In this document: positions 53,836 through 64,000 of the stretch, piece by piece
Layout of the letters: each line of letters opens with the position of its first letter
How positions within the stretch are numbered: position 1 is the stretch's first letter
Assembly (NCBI RefSeq): GCF_022539665.2
Contig: NC_081333.1
Coordinates: 11,346,001-11,410,000 of the forward strand
Length of the DNA stretch: 64,000 bases
DNA from: Daphnia carinata
Lineage: Eukaryota
Direction: 5' to 3'
The notes under the pieces: generated by a model
Databases searched by the model: none
Seen by the model: only the letters and a program-made list of their open reading frames with translations
Told to the model about the DNA's origin: nothing
Program-made: the position numbers and the translations under genes

Positions 53836-56800
53836 TTACTTGGGGCTGGGTCGAGATAGCGGAGTGCCGGAAGGTTTCCGGATGCCAGTGCTAGTTGTTT
53901 TGCGCGCAATGCCAGTCATTGAGTCAGAGGTTCCTTCACGCCTCATCATTCCGGGTGTGCCGGGAGTGCCAGTGCCACTGGATCCAGAGGCCGTGCGTCC
54001 CCTAATTTCGAAATGGATCAAAAAATTTTAAAAAATTGAAGACACTCGCGGAGAAGAAATTAATTTTGATCGGTCCAGCTGCTGACCGCTAAGTACCTTT
54101 GTGAGGGAGTTGTTAATACAGGAATGTTGGACGTAGAAGGGGTCCGAGACCTGAGTGAGATTATAACAACACAATCGATGAAGATTTATCCCGTAAACCC
54201 AACAATTAGGCGTGAGTACTACGATGAAATAATTTAACTAAAATTTACTTTTTTTAAACTAACTACTAGAATTTCAGTAAGATACTTGATGGCAATATGT
54301 TACAGGAGAATTGAGAAAAGAAAAGATTGTTTTAAATGTTTGTTGGTCAATATTTGAGAATCTGAAACATTAGTTTACGTGTGAAATATTAACTATTATA
54401 GTTTATCAATAAATAATTTTAAATGTCATTATTAATATTATTTGTTTTTTTAAGCTTGCAAAACACGACATTGCTTTAGGCATGTTTAAAGGCTTACACT
54501 GGCCGGCTAGAAGATAGCGAGGGTCGATGACTAGCCGTGATCGAAGGGCGGGCTCTGTTCGTTAAAGGCAACGATTAGCGTTTTGAGACAAATAACAGTG
54601 CGCGCGTTATGTTGCGAAAGCGAAAAACAATAGCAAATTGATGGAGAAGAACATGAAACAAATTTAGAGCAGTGAAGGCTGTTAGTAACTAAAATTACAC
54701 AAAGAAATACGATGTTGATTTACCTATTCCCATCTTCACTGTCAACTCCAACATATACAGGAATCCTCGATCTTGATGGGGAAAAAAGCAAGAAGAAAAG
54801 AAAAGACGAAGATACCAATTAGGATGGACAACCATTACCACACATTAAATAAAAGTAGAATGGCATAGAAAAGATACCATAAAGACCATACGATAGATAC
54901 ATTACAATCTACAGTTAAGAAATGTTTTAAGTTAAAGCTTGATAAACGACAAGAAGGTGTTGAAGAAAACGAGAAAGTAAAGTTAGTGTTTTCGCCCGAA
55001 GTTGTTCTTCAGGAAGTGGAAGTTCAATAGAAAGCAGGAAGCAACAACACGTTTTCAAAAAACTAATGTACGATTTAAGGGGTTTCTTTTTATTAACCCA
55101 TTTACCTAGACGGTGTTGACGTTAATACAGGGATATTCGAGGCGGACGTAGTGCGTAAAATCCTTGATCTATATGTTAAGGTTTATTTCGGGTTATTGAT
55201 TAAATCGATTTTCCGGTACCAAATTACAATCACACTGGTGGTGACTAGGAGGGAACCACTTCAGTGGTTTATGTTTTTCTTGTTAGACTCCACAATACGT
55301 GTGATTGTTAAGACACACAAGTTAATTAGTAATAGCACTAATTTCTCTTTTAAACTTACCGGCTGGCCGCGCTAATGCCACCTCCATTGAAACCCCCAGA
55401 TGGACTGGGCGAAACACCAGATGCGCTTGATCCACTTGGATGACGGGCACGAGTTTCCACCGGTGATGGAATTGTCGATCTCTTGCGAGGCAATGTGCTC
55501 GACGAGCCTGGTTGATTGCGAGATGAAGAATCGGGTCGTTGGAAACTAGGAGTGCGGCGGATTCCTGTAGGTGTTTTTTGCGCATATCCACCGTCTTTAA
55601 AGGTACGGTAAGTATAATTAGAAATGAAATAAAACTGCAAATGACATCATAATGAAAGTGAATCGTACCATAACTGTCAAGTGATTGAATAGATCCATGT
55701 TTAGAATCAGCATTGCGGCTAGCGGGGCGGCTGCCAGAATGGCTTCCAGCTAAATCAAGTAACATTTTTTATGTTAAAAAAAATTAAAAGCTTATTCCTT
55801 TTCTTAACATTAGAGAGGGTCTGATGAATTACCTCCAGACATCATGGTCCTCGGTGGAGCAGAGGCCTTGCGGCCGCTGTGCAAATGGAAAGAACCATCG
55901 CTCTCGCTAACAGAGCTGTCGGGAGTTCCCGCTGAGAATGATGGACGCATTGGTGAACTGCGTACCGTTCTCTCGCGGACCTGTGCGAATGGAAATCCAT
56001 TGTTATAATGGCAACTCGTTTCGCCACGATGGAACGTGCCAGGTAAAAAAATATGAAAAGAACAACAATAACAATAAAAAAAAATGAACTATGTTCACTT
56101 ACTTCACTTACCTTAAATGTACAAGAGATATGTACGCTTACTACGGAAGACGGAGCTAGAACAACAAAGAGAATGACAAGACGAGAAGAAGAAATGCACT
56201 TACCAGACAACGTACAGCTAACTCCATTTCGTGGTACAAGCTCGGCTTCGGGTGTAAGCCTTTTGCGATGGAAGAAAAGAGAGAAAGAGAGCGAAAAATG
56301 GTACTAGGATCAAAGTTTCTTTTAGCAATCAATACGTGCCGTTAAGAAAAGCTTATACTGTCAATTACAACGCTGATTCTCGTTCGATAAAGAGTTTCAG
56401 TGTGAAAGAGGAGAAACAAGAGGGTAGTAGGCCTAACATTGTTAATAGTGGTAGTAATAGTGATGGTCAATGAAAGGTGAAGAATAGCTAAATCGAAAGC
56501 AATCTGCTTTGCAAAAATCCTACGGCTGATTAGTCGAAGATCTCATTCTCTAAACTCTCGGAACGATCTTTACCAAATAGCAAGTGGATGTGACGGTCGC
56601 TCTTCGACCCGACATGTTCAGCGGAAATGAACACGGCATCTCTTTCTGACGCCGGATTTGTTCGAAAACTGGTGCCAATTCCCTTAAGATATCCTGCGCT
56701 GTATATAACAAAGTTACGCAAATTAAAGACATTAGCACCATTTCGCCCCTAGTGTTATGCAAGGACGACCTCGACCGATGATAGACGATTGGTAATTGTG

Positions 56801-59800
56801 GAATAGGTTAGATTTAGGTTTAAAGTGAAGTGAGGATCGTGATAAAGGGATCGGGGATTGCAGGTAATGGACGCCAAAAATAAGAAGCCATTAGAAAGCC
56901 TTACCTTTAAAGTTGGCATAGCAAGCGCTTGCCATGCAAAATCAGATCAAGTCATTAAGAAGAGCAGTTTCACATTACTAGGTGTGATTACTAGGCGTGA
57001 AAAATACATACGCTACCTGCATTCTAGCATAAAACACGTGCAATAGAATGACGTTTTGTGACGCTACGCTACACTGCTCACAAGCCGGAAATTTGAATGG
57101 TTTTTGCCTCTTTAATGCTCGTGATTCATTTTTAAAAGAATTAGGTCGGCACCATTCAAATTTCCTTTCTCTGAGCACACGAACAGAAGTAGTAAATGCT
57201 AAAAGAACTATTAAGTTTGTAGCGATAGGCAACAAACGGACCTTCGTGATGGGCCCGGCGGTAGGAAGAGAGGGTGATCGTGCATGGAGGGGCGTCACGG
57301 CAATTTGACCAGTTCCAGGTTGGCTGGAGACGGAGCTGTTGGGGCTCATGGCCTTAGTCTTGAATGGAGTCATTCCCTGCGAAGCACCTTCGGGCAGGAT
57401 AAACTGCTCGCGGAGCTCGAGGTTGGTCCTACCTCTTGCTAATAATGGAAGGATCGTGCAAAACGTCAAAGTAAGGAAACAAAACCAAGGCAACAAAATG
57501 GCAAAACCAATAAAGCAGCAAAATAATCGACAAGGACCAACAACAAAAATAACAACAAAAAGGTTTCAACGTAGGATCGAATTATCAAAGTAAAAAATAA
57601 TAATGGCGAAAATAAGCCAAACGGAAATAGGAAATCGTCAAACAAAAAAAAATAGACGGTACAATAACTAAGTGTGAAATTTTCAGTTGAAAACGTCATT
57701 AGATGCTTACGATAGAAAGGACACCAGAACTCGTGCTCGCCGGGTGTTCTTACTCTTATATGGGGTATGATAACAACTACGACCATGCAAGATAGCGTTC
57801 CGTCAAATCAATAAATGAAAAGCGGACAAACAAAAAATTTTCGAAATCATATCAAAAATAAAAAAAATGATCGCAAGGAATCATTGGGAAGTTAAGGGTT
57901 GGTATGAGGTTTTAAGGTTTGATTTACGAACGGGGACAAATGATGGGTATAAGAAGAAGAAGAAGAAGAGAAAAAAAATCTGTCAATATTCAAATGGCAG
58001 CGATGAAGTTCTTCGATCCAAGTTAAATATTGCACAGTTTTCCTTAACCTGGAACTTCTTACAGCTCAATATCCCAAGGAGTTTAAACAACCAACGTCCT
58101 CGACATAACGTAGCACATTGCATTTAAAAACATCTCCCAGTTTCATGACGATTTTTGTTATAGAATAAATTGTTTACAGAATATCGACTGGTGGACGAAA
58201 TAGATATGTATATCGGAACATTGCACTTACCACGGCAGGGGTCGTTCTTGACGAGGAACTCATCGAGCGCCACCCATCCACCGCCGACACGGACCATTAC
58301 AGTCGAACGCAGAATACGGACAAGGCGAAGCTTTTGGCTGTCACCAAACTACACGAATACATTTCAAAACAGGCGATATTTATAGACAATTTGCAGGGGT
58401 AGGTCATTCATTTCGACTTATTACCCGATATTGGCCTTCACCGACTTGGTGCACTTTGAACCGATTGCGACATGTGCATTGATTAACCGCTCGTTTCACC
58501 TCATCGTGAATGATTTCGTCTTCAGTAGTTGGACGCTCTTCCCAGTCGGGTCGTAAGGCGGCCAAAAATTCCTTCCAATCGATGTAGCCTTCATTGTTGC
58601 GATCGAACATGTTGGCCACAGCATTCATTTCCATACGGCTGGTGGGGAACTTGGTCTTCATAATTCCATCGATGAAATCTTCTCGAGGAATAAATCCTTC
58701 ATTGTTCTTGTCCATTTTGCGGAACAGATCAGTCACTCTGGACTTCTTGTGGTTCATGTACTTCATGAATCTGCGTCTCCAGTCGTCCCAGCTAAAGTTC
58801 TTCACCTTCTCTAGCTCTTGCAAGTAGTTCAGTTTCTCTTGGAGACGGCGTTGGCGATCCCATGCCATCATCCATACATTACGCCAGCGGTCCCACAATT
58901 GGCGGGCGCGTGGATTGCGTGGCAACATTTCTACGCTCACTTTGCTACACGGATGAAATGGAAAATGCATCAACATTTGGCAATATATCCCCATATTTCC
59001 TCGGTACTTTGAGTATAAAAAATGGCCTGGCTCTAGCTCTAAAAACGCTGGCAAATATTACTCGACAAACTAATAAAATGGTAAACTTCTAGGGTGACTT
59101 TACATGGACAATCACGATACTAAAGGCATAACGGAACAAAAAGACTAAAAAAACAGACGAAGCCCAACTTTGTACTACAATTATCAGGAAAGTGCAATTC
59201 CCACCTTCCTTTGCGACTGTTTCCAGGAGCTGGAGTAACAGGAGCAAAGCGCGGGCCGATATGCGGCCAGTAGTTATCAGGAGTCTTTTCACGACCCGGG
59301 CTGCTGCGGCTACAAAATAAACATATAAAGCGTGAGGACGTAACTAAGGATACTCTAGGATAGCGGGAAGAAGGACAACATGCTTTCAGATGTAACATAA
59401 AGAGCGCGTATGATGGCATCGTGTTGAGCGAGAAGGCCTACTGGGATCAGCGGGTGTCAAGAATCCACATCACTTCTTGGGTTTAGAGGATTTTAGGCAA
59501 AAGGCAAAAGGGTTGAGAAAAACCGGAGGTATGGAAGAAAGAAAAGGATGCAATACGTTGGCTGGTCTGCGGGGGCTTCCAGCAGTAAGCAATGCCATAG
59601 CAGCAAAGCCGCATCAATGAAAACAGAAAGTAGAAACGAGTGCAAAAGTACCTTGCTCCAGACATCCAAGGCTTAGGATAGTCACGTGAAGGAGAACCGT
59701 CCCGTGCTGGACTCGGTGAAGTCGCTTGACTAGATATACATGGTGAAGTGCACCGAAATGAATAATCGTAACGAAAAAAAAAAAAACAAATGAAAAAAAG

Positions 59801-62800
59801 GATTCCCAAAGAGTGCAATAACGTGCCAGTTGTTTTTAAAGGCATGCAAGAACAAAAATGTTCATGATGTTCAGATTTTAAAACGGAAAAAAAATTGAGT
59901 TCTAGAAATGCCGAAACTGACTTTGGGTATGCTAATTGAAATTGGAATGTGGACTGGGATGCAACTTTACCTTGGTTTTCGACTTTGTTGTTGAGGTCCA
60001 GGAGTCGACTCTCGCGATTGCGGTTTGTAGCTGTGAACAAGCAAATAGGAATTAATAGGCATGAGGGGTAGCAGCGGCGACATGCCCACAAAAAGCTCAA
60101 CAAACTTATCGTTTTTTTAACACGAATTGTTAAACAACATTTACATAGTCACAACTGACCTGGGACGGACTAGACGGGGTATTAGCGAATTTTCTCGGTC
60201 AGGTGTTACACGGCTGTAGGATTAAAAAATGAGAACAAACGTGTTCCCAAACATTGCGTTAGCTCATGGTACAGTTAGATATTTTAATAATTAAACTAAT
60301 GTTTCCTACTGTTTGAGTAAGTAACGTTAAGTTGTATTAGATTACGCAAATTTTAGCTGCTCATCGGCTGGTAGATTATATTTACCTTGAACGGCGAGCT
60401 GGAGTATCGTGCTCGGGTGATGATTCTCGTGTAGGGCTCTGGCTGAATTCGCGGTCTGGCACTCTTTTGATTTTCAAAACGAATTTAATGATAAATAAAA
60501 TTGTAGATTTATAAGATTAAACGATCAGAAAAGAACGCGGACTTACGAAGATGTTGACTTGTTGCGAGACGGTTTACGTTCTTTGCCTGGTGGATTTGCT
60601 CGAGGCGCTTGCTTGGTCTTGCACACACGGTCCACCTCAGGCTGGCGTTTGGCCATATCTTCCATAAACTCTTGGTGATCCTTGATCAAACCTTCAATGA
60701 TGGGTAGATCATCTGGCAGGGGTTCGGCTTCCAATGAAACCAAAGTCCTCTCCGCAGTAGCGAGCCATGCGAGGAGCTCTTCCAGAATGGACGCCATTTC
60801 TCGCAAGTTGCGCAGATGTTCATTGAGACGATGTTCACGCTGATTAGCCCATGCCATAACCTCTTCCCATCGGGCTTGGATGATAGTAATCCAGTGACGA
60901 ATGACGGGGACAGCGTCAGGGTGAGCCTTGCCGAGAATATCTTGAGCCAATGCCAAAGTGTCGTCTTTGTCTGTTTCTTTTTTAATCACTTCTTCCAAAA
61001 ACCTTAAACAGCGAAAAGAGTTATAAATCTGATTTACGAATAGATTATAAACGACTGCATGATCTTACTTGTGATGGTCTGCCAACTGCTGCTTAGTTTC
61101 TGGTTCTTCGTCGGGAAGAGCCCCAGCAAATCTCAGTTTCATTTCGGCATCCGACAGCCATTCCAAGAGCATATTGACCGCTTTGTGCAAAGTCTCGGCT
61201 TGGACTAACGCATCATCCAAGTTGGCAGATCTGGTGCTTGCGGCTTTGGACACGTTCTCCCATGTAACATCCAACTCAGACACTTGCTTCTGAATTGCTG
61301 CTCTATCCTCTTCGCTAGCATTTGCCATCACATCCACAGCCATTTTGCGGACCTGTTTAGTCTGGGCTAATCGGCTGTTGAGCTCTTCTTCGAAGTTCTT
61401 GTGCTGCTCGCGAAGTGCCATTACAGTATCCAAGTCTCCATGAACCGGGCCTTCCATCATTTGAGCTGGGTTCGTTTTGCACAACCAGTCAACCAACGCC
61501 TACCGAATCCACGGAGAAAGAAATAAGAATAATTCGAATTAAGAATGCAAAAATGAAGTTAATCTAACCTGAATAGCGTCTTTGAATTGTCCAGAAAAGA
61601 GTAATCCTTCTTCAAGTTTCCTCTGACGATCAACTGATTTGTTGCAAACAGATTGCCATTTGGCTTTCAAATCAGACATCATTTGCTTCAAGGTAGGCTC
61701 ATCTGTCTTCGGAGCACGATCCTTGACAAGTTTGCCAAGACGTACGATGCCGTCATACGTCGGCTGTTTGGCACCAAGAGTTCGTTGGAACTCCTTGTGT
61801 TTGGCCAAAAGCTGCTTGATCTTCTCGGGATCTTTGCCCAGTTGCAGCACGGCATCATCGAATCCTACACAAAACATTTCGATTGTTAAAATATATTTTC
61901 GGCTGGTACTTTTTCATTCATCGGATATTACCCTTCTCAGCGTCGTCCAACCACGAGTAGAGTTCTTGCCACGAATCGTGATATTCTTTGGCCTCTTTGT
62001 AGGCGTGATCAAGCGCTCGGGTTCGTTCAGCGGCTCGGGAAAGAACACGCTCCCAGCGATGTTGAACGCTGATGAGGAGATTCTTGATTAGGATCACGTC
62101 TTGTTTTTGGCTGAAGTACTTCAAGTGTGTTCCCTTCTTGTCCAAGCTAAGCATGACTTCGCGCTGGGCCGCAATGTCCTTCTGGAAGGATTTGTGCTCC
62201 TCGATCTGAGAGAGGACGGTCTCCATGACGCGCGAGGCGGGTTTGAGCCCACCCAATGTCTTCTCGGCGTTTGTCAGCCAGTCGATGAAAGCTTGCAAGG
62301 CATCGTGGAACTCGGTGGCCTCCTTGAGAGCAATCTCCAACTTGATTTTCTTATCGTTGGCACGATTCATCACGTTGTCCCATCGCTGCTTCAATGTTCT
62401 TAGATTATGCTGCAGAGAAGAGGCCGCTCCATCGGTGGAACGTTTCACGTAGTCGGCACCACGCTGCAAACAGCTCTCGACGAGGGGTCGGTCGTGCTCC
62501 AGGTCGTTATAAACTTCCATGAAGCGCTGAAGCTGCTCTGAAGCAGTTTCGGGTAAACCACCCACTGGCTTCGACATGGAGAGGGCGCCATCAATTTCGT
62601 TCAGCCAAAGCAACAGGTCTTGGATTTCGGCAGTGAATTTCTGTGCCTCCCGCAGAGCATCTTCCAATTCCTGTTTTTTTCCAAAATTAAAAATTGGCAA
62701 ATGAAATACAATCAAACGAAACGCTAACACACTCTTACCTTTTGACGGCTGGAGGCCTTTTCAACTAGATCACTCCATTTCTTGTTGAGAAGCACCAAAC

Positions 62801-64000
62801 GTTGCTGGGTTTTGTTAGCATCATCGGATCCCTTGCCACTCTCAACCAATTGGCGACCGGCATCGTTCAACGTGTCGACACTGGTTTGATGGGCTTGGAT
62901 GTCATTGATCAACACTTTGAGCTTAGCCAACTCGACTTCGATGACATTTGGATCTCCAAAGACGGGCTTCAACTCATCCAGGGTAGTGTCAGTGCGCTGG
63001 ATCCAGACCAACAGCTCATTTAGAGCGTGTTGGAACTGTCCAAGACGCAGCAGAGCGTGTTCCAACTCTCGTTGCCTGTCGACAACTCCGCGCAAGAGAT
63101 CTTCCCAGCGTCGGTTCACCTTGGCCAACGGTTCCTTCAAACGAGCAGCTTGATCGGGAGAGGTGCGATCTGCCAGATCGCCAGCTTGCCTATAAAATAG
63201 TGTAAAGATAATTTCAAATTTCTTTCTTCTTTTAAACTGATGCGGCGTGAAAGCTAAGGGCGACGGAGATACGAAAAAGATTTATGAAGGGTTGAAGTGA
63301 AGATGAAATAACAAAGCGTCAATTGATGTTTATCGGCTGCTCAAATCGTGCAGCAACCAATCCCGAAGGAAATTTTTTTTTTGTTTACAAAGCGATTGCA
63401 TGCCCTCATTCCGTAGGGAGGGAAAATGACTTGCCTGTTTAGACTCCTGAGAAGGGTCAATTTGAGGAGGGAACCAAAACCAGGAATGTGATCAGTGATA
63501 AATGTTTGATTATTTTGATTTGTACTCTTATTTACTACGTAAACGACTCTCATTATTTCTATTGTTTTTATCAGAAAGTTATTTTAAATGCCGAACACCA
63601 AGTATTTCACACCATTATGGACGTTATTGTAAGTTTGACAATAAGAAGAATTGTATACCTGTTGAGTGTCTCCACTTTGACCATTTGTGGGTCAACCTCG
63701 GCTTTGAATGCTTTGAGTTGTTCGATCTGTTCTTTGACCGTCTCAATGTCGGAACCGAGAGGACGCATTCCGTGGAACTTGTTCTCCGCTTTCTCCAAGA
63801 ACTCAGCCAGGCTCTATAATATCAACAAGATTTAGTTTCCATGTCGAAACAATATCATGACAATTAAACTTACGTTGAGCGTGTCGTGGTATTCCATGGC
63901 CTTCTCCATAGCGTCGATGAGGTTCTCCTCGCGCTTGGCGTAAAGGGCAGTGATATTATCCCAGGCCGAATCCAACTCTTCAATGTGTTTCTTGACTTCC
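53836..64000 (-). CDS. shot: Spectraplakin short stop (MACF1/dystonin family), 3' part; 5' end lies beyond the window
   Basis: Multiple spectrin repeats (60545-64000; e.g. [45 protein letters not shown]), EF-hands (58425-58945; [19 protein letters not shown]), GAR/GAS2 domain ([57 protein letters not shown], 58231-58348; GRTNLELRE, 57242-57437) and a Ser/Arg/Gly-rich tail ending ...SRPSPK* at 53836. Confidence 0.96.
56550..56698 (-). CDS. shot: Putative alternative terminal exon of shot
   Basis: Acceptor tatacag|cg is phase-compatible with the end of the GAR exon. It encodes [49 protein letters not shown]. Confidence 0.55.

Noticed and set aside
58594..63835. Plus-strand ORFs overlapping shot exons
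   Set aside because: These are antisense shadows of the minus-strand coding exons.
1..64000. CRISPR arrays, operons or other prokaryotic systems
   Set aside because: The sequence is intron-containing animal DNA, and no regularly spaced repeat-spacer array was seen.

Overview
Eukaryotic (animal) genomic DNA. The short GT-AG introns, dense poly(A)/poly(T) tracts and gene content suggest an arthropod, probably a branchiopod crustacean such as Daphnia; this is inference. Contents from left to right: (1) a 5-exon minus-strand gene (4930-20498) for a ~481-aa type-I membrane protein with a Cys-rich N-terminus and an FN3-like region, resembling Drosophila forked end (fend)/anosmin-like proteins, with an exactly spaced Inr+DPE core promoter; (2) ~22 kb with no recognisable coding sequence; (3) a ~5.6-kb palindromic, foldback-like element (43507-49072) bounded by 28-bp inverted repeats and TA. 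Each ~2.25-kb arm carries a decayed multi-exon gene and a highly conserved GC-rich hairpin array, and the ~520-bp spacer holds three tRNA-like units; (4) a small secreted Gly/Tyr-rich protein gene; (5) phosphopantothenate-cysteine ligase (PPCS); (6) the 3' part of the spectraplakin short stop/MACF1 gene, including a row of frame-symmetric microexons carrying SxIP motifs. The palindromic element is the best candidate for an undescribed system. All gene models were assembled by eye from splice signals and reading frame, and no database search was run.
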